From positions 1 through 43,179 of the forward strand of contig CAWGIE010000038.1 of NCBI GenBank assembly GCA_963822585.1: a DNA stretch of 43,179 nt, given 5' to 3'. Origin of the DNA: an uncultured bacterium. Its GTDB lineage: Bacteria > Auribacterota > Erginobacteria > Erginobacterales > Erginobacteraceae. Each line of letters starts with the position of its first letter. The stretch's first letter is position 1. A program made the translations under genes and the position numbers. Below the pieces are notes generated by a model that saw nothing but the letters and a program-made list of their open reading frames with translations, searched no databases and had not been told where the DNA came from. Shown here piece by piece: positions 28,226 to 35,901 of this stretch.

Positions 28226-28748
28226 GACACTTCAAAGGGAAATAACCACTAAGACACGAAGACACAAAAATACTAAATAACCACTAAGACACGAAGACAC
28301 AAAAAATATTAGAGAATAAATAAAGACGTTCTTCCATTTTATAAAGGTTAAACAAATGACAAAGTCATTGCGAGGAGCGCAGCGAAGAAGCAATCTCCGC
28401 TCAGTGCCTATTCTGGAAGAGATTGCTTCTCCGCCGGAGGCGGATCGCAATGACATCTAATCAACTCATTCATAATTTCCCTTAGTGTTTCTTGGTGTCT
28501 TAGTGTCTTGGTGGTAGAAAAGCAGGGATAAGGGATACGGGATAAGGGGTAAGGGGGGGGAACATTAGTTTTCTTGGTGTTTCTTAGTGTCTTAGTGTCT
28601 TGGTGGTAGAAAAGCAGGGATAAGGGATACGGGATAAGGGGTAAGGGGGGGAACATTAGTTTTCTTGGTGTTTCTTAGTGTCTTAGTGTCTTGGTGGTTA
28701 TAAAAGGGGCCGAGGGGGGGGCATTAGTTTTCATAGTGTCTTGGTGGT
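28186..28748. repeat. Composite repeat field: family A arms, family E element and a 92-bp tandem duplication
   Basis: Units start gtagaaaagcagggataagggatacggg at 28514 and 28606; same unit at 27130. Confidence 0.9.
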
Positions 28749-28752
28749 GAAA

Positions 28753-29025
28753 ATGCAGGATTTAAATCTAAGCATTCACGAGTACTGCCACGAGGACAGC
28801 ACGGTCACCGTTCAGGGGAGCGCCGGCCGCCCGCTCGATCTCCCGGCACTGGCGGAGAAGGCCCGGAAGATCACCGAGAAAGTCATGCTCATGGACCGGC
28901 TGGGGGTGCTGTACCTGACGCTGGGCGGGATCACCGTCCACATCCACGACAACGGTGAGATCGTCGTCAACCGGATCGCTTCGGTCGAAGAAGCGGAGGC
29001 AATTCTCGCCGGTCTTTTCACATGA
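28753..29025 (+). CDS. Small hypothetical protein, possibly related to the C-terminal extension of MoeB/ThiF proteins
   Basis: GC-rich codon usage; ATGA overlap with the next gene; C..D..V..LDL.ALAE...ITVHIHDNGEIVV pattern. Confidence 0.7.
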   Translation: MQDLNLSIHEYCHEDSTVTVQGSAGRPLDLPALAEKARKITEKVMLMDRLGVLYLTLGGITVHIHDNGEIVVNRIASVEEAEAILAGLFT

Positions 29026-29576
29026 TTGGAGAAAAGAAAATAATTGCCGTCTTCGGGAGCGCGATGACCGGGAAGGATACCCCCGAATACCGGGCTGCCG
29101 TCAAAATCGGCCGGATCATCGGGGAGGCGGGGTGGAACCTCCTCTGCGGCGGCTACGGGGGGACCATGGAAGCGCTCTGCCGGGGCTGCCAGGACGGCGG
29201 GGGGAAATGCCACGGGATCGGGCTGCAGCATTTCACCATGCCGCCCAACCACTACGTCAACGAGTTCGTGATGGCGAAGACGCTGGGTACCCGGCTCGAC
29301 TACTTCGCTGAGCACGCCGATCTGTTTCTGGCCCTGGAGGGAGGGATCGGCACCGTCACCGAGGTCATGTTCGTCTGGGACCTCTTGAAGAGCGGGCAGA
29401 TCAGCGACATCTCCGTGCTCCTCTACGGGAAAGGCTGGAAAGGTTTTCTCGATAATCTCCGCCGGGATTTCATCATCGACCGGACCAACTTTCGCCATCT
29501 CCGCCTCATCTCCTCGCCGGAAGAATTAGGGGAAGCATTGGAGGGCAAGAGACCCCCAACGGGGTTTAACGTTTAA
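29022..29576 (+). CDS. LOG/SLOG family protein (possible nucleotide phosphoribohydrolase)
   Basis: IAVFGS, GGYGGTMEA, GGIGTVTE. Confidence 0.88.
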   Translation: MIGEKKIIAVFGSAMTGKDTPEYRAAVKIGRIIGEAGWNLLCGGYGGTMEALCRGCQDGGGKCHGIGLQHFTMPPNHYVNEFVMAKTLGTRLDYFAEHADLFLALEGGIGTVTEVMFVWDLLKSGQISDISVLLYGKGWKGFLDNLRRDFIIDRTNFRHLRLISSPEELGEALEGKRPPTGFNV

Positions 29577-29607
29577 GCCCGGGTAAGAAATGGGGTGGGA
29601 CCTGGTT

Positions 29608-30030
29608 TCACGGCTCCCGGTCGGGCGGCACAACGGTGAACCGGTCGCGGATCTCCTCGGCGATGGCTCGGGGCCGGCCGGTCTTCGCGTCCGCGAAGAC
29701 CCAGTCGGTCTCGGCCCGGGCCAGGTCGACACCGTCCTTCAGGCGGATAAATTTATATTTCCGCAACGAGCGGACCCGGCTCATCTCCGACACCCAGGTC
29801 AGGCCCGTGATCTCGTCGCCGAGAAAAGCGGGCCGGTCATAGACGATCCGTTGTTCGCGGATAAACCAGGTGGCCCCCAGCCGTTCCAGGACCGGCCCGC
29901 AGCCCACGGCGTTCGAGTGCATGACCGCGATCTGCTGCATCCAGCGAACGTACTCGACGTTGTTGACGTGTCGGTTGCTGTCAAGCATCTCCGGCGTCAC
30001 GGTTATCTCATGTCTGAATACAGCGATCAT
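29608..30030 (-). CDS. Hotdog-fold acyl-CoA thioesterase (YbgC/4HBT-like)
   Basis: LDSNRHVNNVEYVRW, YDRPAFLGD, TGRPRAIAEE. Confidence 0.88.
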   Translation of the reverse strand: MIAVFRHEITVTPEMLDSNRHVNNVEYVRWMQQIAVMHSNAVGCGPVLERLGATWFIREQRIVYDRPAFLGDEITGLTWVSEMSRVRSLRKYKFIRLKDGVDLARAETDWVFADAKTGRPRAIAEEIRDRFTVVPPDREP

Positions 30031-30073
30031 GCCCGGGATTCCTTTTCACAGAAGGACACGAAGGAATGAGAAG

Positions 30074-30222
30074 ATCTGAATAGTCAAACAATGGAGATCA
30101 GGTAATCAGGAAATCAGTTGGCAGGTTATCAGGTTAACAGGATAGCAGGATGCCAGGCCACGGACACCTGATCCTCTGATTTTCTGATCCTCTTCCCACT
30201 GATAACCTGCTCTCCTGATCCA
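30074..30222. repeat. Family D (ATCAGG-type) inverted element; near-identical copy at 39608-39752
   Basis: ggagatcagg.aatcaggaaatcagttggcagg.tatcaggttaacaggata ... cctctgattttctgatcctcttcccactgataa in both copies. Confidence 0.9.
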
Positions 30223-30297
30223 CTTCATATCAATGCCCTATCTTTCTTGGTTTAAATTCATCCCGCGTCAGATATAACGAGGAAAAGGGCATAAGAC

Positions 30298-30762
30298 TTA
30301 TTCGAAGACTTCCAGCTCGGGATGGCGTTTTGCCTCATCGATGATCGGGCCCCGCACGGCGAAGCCGGGCCCGAGACCGCTCCCCCGGATGACCAGGAGC
30401 CGGCCGCCGGGGGTGACGCCGTAGGCCGCCATCGCCCGGGGCGGGAGAATAAATCTGCCTTTCTTCAGATCGACCCCGCAGAAGGTCCGGCCCCGGATGG
30501 TAGAGACCCGGTCGGCGCTCTCTCCGGACCCGGTCAGTTCCGGATGTTCCTCCAGAACGGAACCGAAGGGCGCTTTCCGCAGGGAATCCGGTTTCATGAG
30601 GCTGAAACCGCCCGAGGTGACGCTGCCGGATAACAGCACAGCTTTCCCCGTCTTTCCTAGGCGATACTCCGCGACCGCCGCCGGCGGAATCACCACTCCG
30701 CCGCCGCCGTCAACCTTCGCCCAGCCGAATACGTGCTTCCCCCCCTTGGCCAACTGCGGCAT
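30298..30762 (-). CDS. Hypothetical protein, tandem AbrB-like swapped-hairpin fold
   Basis: RBS AGGAGG; two similar halves (VVIPPAAVAEYRL / FILPPRAMAAYGV..G.RLLV). Confidence 0.72.
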   Translation of the reverse strand: MPQLAKGGKHVFGWAKVDGGGGVVIPPAAVAEYRLGKTGKAVLLSGSVTSGGFSLMKPDSLRKAPFGSVLEEHPELTGSGESADRVSTIRGRTFCGVDLKKGRFILPPRAMAAYGVTPGGRLLVIRGSGLGPGFAVRGPIIDEAKRHPELEVFE

Positions 30763-30797
30763 ATTCCTCCTCCTGAAATAAAGCGGATGGAAGAGGC

Positions 30798-30936
30798 TGT
30801 CCGATAAACCCGATTTTGGTAGTCGCAGGTTTTAACCTGCGTGATAACGGATTACAATTATTGCACAGGTAAATAACAACGCACCTTAAAAGGTGCGACT
30901 ACCCTATAGGTCAAACAAAATCGAGTTGCCCGGACA
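30798..30936. repeat. GTAG REP-like doublet nested inside an outer inverted repeat
   Basis: gtagtcgcaggttttaacctgcg (30819-30841) / cgcaccttaaaaggtgcgactac (30880-30902), inside tgtccg..cgattttg / caaaatcg..cggaca. Confidence 0.8.
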
Positions 30937-30966
30937 AGATCTAACGGGCCCGGCCCCCGAAAAGAA

Positions 30967-31969
30967 TCAATTCTCCCCGCCGTAAAAACGCGAGGGCCCC
31001 TTTAAAACTCCCCATTCGCATTCCTGGAAGAGCTCCCGGCAGCCGGGCACCGTCATTCCCCGGCCCTCCTCCGTCTTTTCTTCGGTGTCGCGCGGGTTGG
31101 CGCCCACTTCCGCCCAGAAGAGATTCGCCCCGGCCAGCCGCTCCCAGGGTGCAGGGCTCGTGAGTGCAGTTGCCGATCACCGACCGGGGCATCCCCAGGC
31201 GGGTGACGGCGACGATCTGCGCCATCCGCAGCTCGCTGATCATCCCCCGGGCGCTGATCTTCGAGCCGGGTATGGTGATCCGGCGGCCGGCGCCGCTGTA
31301 GGCGGGCGCGATCGAGGCCGTGAACAGGATCATCTCCGCCAGTTCTTCGGCGGTATGTTCCGGCCCCACCGGTTCGACGCAGGTTCCGACCCGCAGACCG
31401 GCCTCCTGGAAATTCCGGATGCTTCGTTTGCGTTTTTCCGGGGGGATGCCGGAGTCTGTCCCCTCCCGCAACCGCAGGGCGTGATAAACGCCGGAGAAGC
31501 CGGCCGCTTTCACCTCCCGGGCGTTTTCCAGGGACTGATCGCCGACGTTGGCCACCATGACCGTCTCCGGTTTCAGGGAACTCCGGACTTCCTGAGCGAT
31601 CTCCAGAAAGAGCCCGAAAGGATAATTGGCGGTAGTCATGATGAAGACGGCGTTGGCCCCGTCGCTCTCGAATTGCCGGGCATAGGCGACCGCCGCCGCG
31701 GGGGAAATGCGGATCTCCTCGGAAAAAACACCGTTCACACGGGCGAAAGCGCAGAAAGCGCAGTTGCCGTCGCAAGGCGCCAGATTGAGGGCGAACTGGG
31801 CGTGTACCTCGGCCCGGTTTCCGGTCAACTCTTTCGATATCCGGTTGGCCTCCGCCATCAGCCGGTAGGACTCCGGCGAGGACGGGTCGCGATTCAGCAT
31901 CCAGATCAGTTCCGATTTTTCGAACTCCCGCCCGTCGCGGGCTTTCTTGATCAGATCGTCTATTTTCAT
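30967..31969 (-). pseudogene. BioB-like radical SAM protein with a +1 frameshift near 31138 (may be a sequencing error)
   Basis: CDGNCAFC motif, GTCVEPVGPEH, CTHEP; removing one G at 31138 gives GALAGANLFWAEVGANPRDTEE...GPSRFYGGEN-TGA (30967). Confidence 0.8.
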
Positions 31970-32010
31970 GGCGTCCTTCCCTGGTTCTCTGAAACAATAT
32001 GCCTCATAAA

Positions 32011-32300
32011 CCCCTCACCCCGGCCCTCTCCCCGGGGAGGGGAGAGGGAGAATAAGAGTGCAATCCGGCTCCTTTGGTAGCACTTCAATCCAGGCACATG
32101 GGTAACAGGTTATACTCTATGGCTCAGGAGGTAATGAGCCATGGTACAATCCGGGTACACTGGTAGCACTTCCTCTCCCCCCGGCGAAAAACGGCATCCC
32201 CTCTCCCCCTAGCTAAAACCGCCGTCATCCCCTCTCCCCCCGGCGAAAAACGGCATCCCCTCTCCCCCCACGGGGGGAGAGGGTTAGGGTGAGGGGGGGG
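32011..32300. repeat. Family F CCCCTCACCC..CCCTCTCCC palindromes with internal ~28-bp tandem repeats
   Basis: cccctcaccccggccctctccccggggaggggagaggg at the left; repeated cctctccccccggcgaaaaacggcatcc; gggagagggttagggtgagggg at the right. Confidence 0.85.
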
Positions 32301-32379
32301 TAACAAGAGAGCCCCCGCCCGGAAAAATCGGAACGGAGGCTCCCTTCCCCGCCGTGGGCGGACCTTCCAACATCGGGAC

Positions 32380-32550
32380 CTAGATACCCAGCGCCTTGAG
32401 CGCGGCCAGGACGTCCTCGTCTCCGCCCGCCGGGGGAGACCAGTCGACCTGAATGCACTTGTATTCGGCGTCGTCGAGGGCTTCTTTGAAAGAAACCAGG
32501 CCGATATTGATCGCTTTAAATTCCTGTTCGAAGAGACCGTTCAAGATCAT
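32380..32550 (-). CDS. 56-aa FdrA/YahG-associated small protein
   Basis: MILNGLFEQEFKAINIGLVSFKEALDDAEYKCIQVDWSPPAGGDEDVLAALKALGI; ATGA overlap with the fdrA stop; INIG..F...WxPPAGG motif; below the ORF-track length cutoff. Confidence 0.88.
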   Translation of the reverse strand: MILNGLFEQEFKAINIGLVSFKEALDDAEYKCIQVDWSPPAGGDEDVLAALKALGI

Positions 32551-34121
32551 TGTTTTCCTCCCAGAATCTTAATAACGGCAACTGTCAGCTCGCTGGCCGC
32601 CGCGTTGGTGGGCATCACGACGGCCCCCGCTTCCTGCAATTCTTTCTCGACCTTTTTACGGTCCTGCGGGTCCTGGTAAGTCCCGGTAATCGAGCAGACA
32701 ACCGCCAGCTGCCGGCCCGCCTGTTCCGCGGTCTTTTTCGCTTCCTTGATGGCGGGGGCCAGCTCCTCCCCGGGGACCATGTTCGATCCGTACCCGAGTA
32801 CCACGTCCAGCAGAATGACGGCGGTCTCGGGGTCTTTGGCCTCCTCCACGATCCGCTTCTTCCGAAGGAGAAAGTCGATCATCGGGTGGGGACGGCCGAC
32901 CGTGAACTCGTCCTCGCCCAGGTCGACAACCGTGTTCTCCCGGCTCTTCCAGATATCGTCCAGTTTGAAGGCGGGATCGATCGGCGATGGGCTGTAGACC
33001 GGGCCAATCGCGTCCTTGAACATCAACTGGGTCTCGTCGCAGAGGGTCCCCCCGCTGAAGAGGCCCCGCAGGTATTTCTGCCCTTCCTTCATCCCGGCGG
33101 CGATTTCGGCGGCCTGTTTCTTGATCTCCTCGCTCCGGACCGCCAGGCGGGCCGGGATGCCCTCGGGAGACTCCCCTTTGGAAATGGCGACCGCGATCAG
33201 GCCAGCCCGTTCCAGGTCCCGGGCGGCCTTCGCCCCCGCCGCGTCCATCACCCGGGGATCGCCGCCGATCAGGATCGCGACTACCGGCTTCTTGATGTTC
33301 TTGATGGCCTTCGCCACCTTCTCCAGCACCTCGGGAGCGGGCGGCTTGGAGACCAGCACCAGGACTTCGGTCGCTTCGTCCGCCTCCAGGGCCTTGATCC
33401 CCTCCAAGAACATGATCCCCCCGATGTCCTTCTTGACGTCGCGGCCGCCGGTCCCGATCGCCTGGGAGATGCCGGCGCCGTTATTGCCGATAATGCAGCT
33501 CACTTCCTGCAGCCCCGTCCCCGAGGCGGCCACGATCCCGATGTTGCCGCGCTTGACCACGTTGGCGAAGCAGAGGGGAGCGCCGTTGATGATGGCGGTG
33601 CCGCAATCCGGCCCCATGACCAGGAGGCCCTTCTTGCGCCCGTATTCCTTCAGCTCTTTTTCCTTTTCGATCGAGACGTTGTCCGAGAAGAGCATCACGT
33701 GCAGCCCTTTTTCGAGAGCATCCATCGCCACGTCCCCGGCGTAGCGTCCCGCCAGGGAGATGATGACCATGTTGGCGTCGGGGACCTGATCGAGGGCGCC
33801 CTCGATGCTCTTGGGAAGGTGCTTGCCCGAGGAGGCTTTCTTCTGCTTGCTCTCCACCAGCAGCTCTTCCGCCCGGGTCATGACCTCGTCCACCTTCGCC
33901 TCGTCGGCGGCTTTGCCGACGATCAGGAGGTCGGTGTCGTTGGCGTCCTTGAATTCGTCGAGGAGCATCCCCGACGCTTCCAGGATCTGCTTGTTCTCTT
34001 CCGTCCCCATGACCACGGTGGCGTCCTCGACCCCTTCCATCTCGGTCAGGGCGCGGGCGACCAGCATCAGCGTCACGGAGTCGAAGTACTCACCGGTTTT
34101 TTTGATGCCTTTAACAGCCAT
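32547..34121 (-). CDS. fdrA: Acyl-CoA synthetase-like FdrA (AllF/YahF family)
   Basis: YFDSVTLM, FSDNV, MGPDCGT, ASGTG, GTGGRD, SKPP, GLFSGGTL, VGRPHPMID, DVVLGYG. Confidence 0.93.
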   Translation of the reverse strand: MAVKGIKKTGEYFDSVTLMLVARALTEMEGVEDATVVMGTEENKQILEASGMLLDEFKDANDTDLLIVGKAADEAKVDEVMTRAEELLVESKQKKASSGKHLPKSIEGALDQVPDANMVIISLAGRYAGDVAMDALEKGLHVMLFSDNVSIEKEKELKEYGRKKGLLVMGPDCGTAIINGAPLCFANVVKRGNIGIVAASGTGLQEVSCIIGNNGAGISQAIGTGGRDVKKDIGGIMFLEGIKALEADEATEVLVLVSKPPAPEVLEKVAKAIKNIKKPVVAILIGGDPRVMDAAGAKAARDLERAGLIAVAISKGESPEGIPARLAVRSEEIKKQAAEIAAGMKEGQKYLRGLFSGGTLCDETQLMFKDAIGPVYSPSPIDPAFKLDDIWKSRENTVVDLGEDEFTVGRPHPMIDFLLRKKRIVEEAKDPETAVILLDVVLGYGSNMVPGEELAPAIKEAKKTAEQAGRQLAVVCSITGTYQDPQDRKKVEKELQEAGAVVMPTNAAASELTVAVIKILGGKQ

Positions 34122-34145
34122 AGAAACCCCCTTTTTAAATATTTA

Positions 34146-34402
34146 TTACCACCAAGACACTATCCCCTCCCTCGCCCCCTTTAATAACCACCAAGACACG
34201 AAGACACGAAGAAACACCAAGAAAACTAATCTTCCCCCTCCTTATCCCCTTATCCCTTACCCCTTATCCCTGCTTTACTGCCACCAAGACACGAAGATAA
34301 ATATATGGTGTTATATCGCCGGGGCATTGAACGTTGAGCGTTGGACGTTCGATGTTCGACGTTCCGCTTTTCATGCCCCAATCCCTTACCCCTTTATCCC
34401 TG
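34146..34402. repeat. Composite repeat field: family A arms, CCTTATC heptamers, CGTTGRA heptamers
   Basis: accaccaagacac x3; ccttatccccttatcccttaccccttatccctg; ttgaacgttgagcgttggacgttcgatgttcgacgtt. Confidence 0.85.
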
Positions 34403-35311
34403 TTTTTCTGTCACAGTATAGCAGAGATGATTTTTCATGGTGAATAAAAAACCGACGCCCATGTCGCTTCCCGAGCTTGCACCAAGCACGGCGAGTTTCT
34501 CCGTCGCGCGCCGAATGTCATCGGCATCCCCCTGAAGCAACGCTTCTACCAATTTCTTGAACCCGGCGAAGAGGAACCCCTCCGCGGCCAGGGTGATAAA
34601 CGAGTTCGAGAGGAGGTTGCCCGACCGGGCGGCCGCGGCGATCTCTTTTCTCAATGCCGAACGATCTCCCCCATCCAGCAGGTCCAGCAGATTCATGCCG
34701 GCCAGAAGGCCGGCGATAAAATCGTCCCCGCTCGGTGTCAGGCCGAACCCGACGCCTTTCAGTTTCCGGATTCCCTCCATTATCCGGGATGAATCGGCGC
34801 TCTGGATAAGCCGGACCGCGCCGGTTATCCGTTCCGCGATCTTTTGATCGAACTCTCCGGCAAAAAACCGTTTCCGCCCCGGATCGAGGAGGAAAGCCAG
34901 GCTCTTCGGGGGGGACAGCTCCCGCAAAGCTTCTTGAAAGACTTCCAGATTTTGAGTCAGTCGAGCAGGGGTGAGATCGTCCACTTCCAGTCGGGAATTG
35001 AAGATTTCCGCCCCCTCCCGGGAAAATGCCTGCTCGTCGAGATAAATCGCGCGGTCGTCAATGCGCAGGTCGTTGAGCCGCTGAAGATCGATCCCCCGGA
35101 GGACAATATTGACCGGTCCCCTCCCCACCTCCTCGGTCACCACCGAAACCAGCCGCTCCCCGTGGACAAAATTGACGACTCTCTTAAACCGGGAGTGAAC
35201 CGAATACTCCCCCGGAAAAACCCGATCCCCCATACTGACAATGGAAGACGTGGAGTACTGGAATGATGGAGTGGTGGAGTATTGGGTTTCACGGCCAACG
35301 CTGTTTTCCAT
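34394..35311 (-). CDS. DUF2877 protein (YlbF/AllH/YahE family)
   Basis: VHSRF..VVN, G.GFGLTPSGDDFIAG, GASSGSD; start uncertain (ATG 35311 inside a repeat, or ATG 35233). Confidence 0.88.
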   Translation of the reverse strand: MENSVGRETQYSTTPSFQYSTSSIVSMGDRVFPGEYSVHSRFKRVVNFVHGERLVSVVTEEVGRGPVNIVLRGIDLQRLNDLRIDDRAIYLDEQAFSREGAEIFNSRLEVDDLTPARLTQNLEVFQEALRELSPPKSLAFLLDPGRKRFFAGEFDQKIAERITGAVRLIQSADSSRIMEGIRKLKGVGFGLTPSGDDFIAGLLAGMNLLDLLDGGDRSALRKEIAAAARSGNLLSNSFITLAAEGFLFAGFKKLVEALLQGDADDIRRATEKLAVLGASSGSDMGVGFLFTMKNHLCYTVTEKQG

Positions 35312-35342
35312 CACCCCATCACTCCATTACTCCATCATTCCC
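35251..35342. repeat. Family B octamer inverted pair
   Basis: tggagtactggaatgatggagtggtggagtattgg / ccatcaccccatcactccattactccatcattcc. Confidence 0.85.
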
Positions 35343-35378
35343 TTCCGCCATTTTTATTACCACCAAGGCACAAATGAA

Positions 35379-35850
35379 ATAACCACTAAGACACTAAGAC
35401 ACGAAGAAAAACTAAAGGATAATCCGGACGATGCCGTCTTTAATCACGGGGACATTGAAATTAATGAGAAAGCCTAATCGCTTCTTCATCAGCTTCAAAT
35501 GACTCAGTAATTGAGCTTTCCAGACGGGGAATACTTTCTCCACCGACTTCAATTCACAGATAACCAGATCCTCCACCAGAACATCCAATCGCAATCCTTC
35601 ATCAAAGACAAGGTTATCATACTGAATGGGGACCATGACTTGTCGCTCATAACGAAGTCCCCGTTTAGCAAGTTCGTGACAGAAGCAAACCTCGTAAACT
35701 TTCTCCAACAAACCAGGGCCCAAAGCCTTATGCACCGCATAGGCGGCATCAACAATTTCTCTGGCAATGCGCTCTTCTTCTTCGGATAAAGCCGCAAAAC
35801 TCATTTTAATATCCCCTATTTTCTTAGTGTCTTAGTGTCTTGGTGGTTAT
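35379..35850. mobile_element. Putative mobile unit: GxxExxY gene bounded by 32-bp family A inverted repeats
   Basis: ataaccactaagacactaagacacgaagaaaa (35379-35410) vs ttttcttagtgtcttagtgtcttggtggttat (35819-35850), 30/32 complementary; mobility is inferred. Confidence 0.55.
35412..35804 (-). CDS. GxxExxY protein (PD-(D/E)XK nuclease superfamily)
   Basis: LGPGLLEKVY, RLDVLVEDLVICELK, AQLLSHLK, GFLINF; visibly more AT-rich than its neighbours. Confidence 0.93.
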   Translation of the reverse strand: MSFAALSEEEERIAREIVDAAYAVHKALGPGLLEKVYEVCFCHELAKRGLRYERQVMVPIQYDNLVFDEGLRLDVLVEDLVICELKSVEKVFPVWKAQLLSHLKLMKKRLGFLINFNVPVIKDGIVRIIL

Positions 35851-35901
35851 CAAAGGGGCCGAGGTCGGGGGAAAGCAATAGTCTCCTTCGTGTCTTAGTG
35901 G

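Noticed and set aside
28232..28656. ORFs 28232-28456 and 28408-28656
   Set aside because: Translations of repeat sequence (PYPLSL, TKTLRH patterns), not genes.
30941..31969. Assigning the gene symbol bioB
   Set aside because: Only the radical SAM core is recognisable; canonical BioB motifs are not evident and no other bio synthesis genes are adjacent.
32050..32172. Possible nuclease gene remnant between family F palindromes
   Set aside because: No recognisable coding motif; only short internal direct repeats (tggtagcacttc twice).
26766..32300. Integron-like cassette array (small genes separated by inverted repeats)
   Set aside because: No integrase, no GTTRRRY/RYYYAAC attC boundaries, mixed gene orientation, and the same repeats occur inside housekeeping operons.
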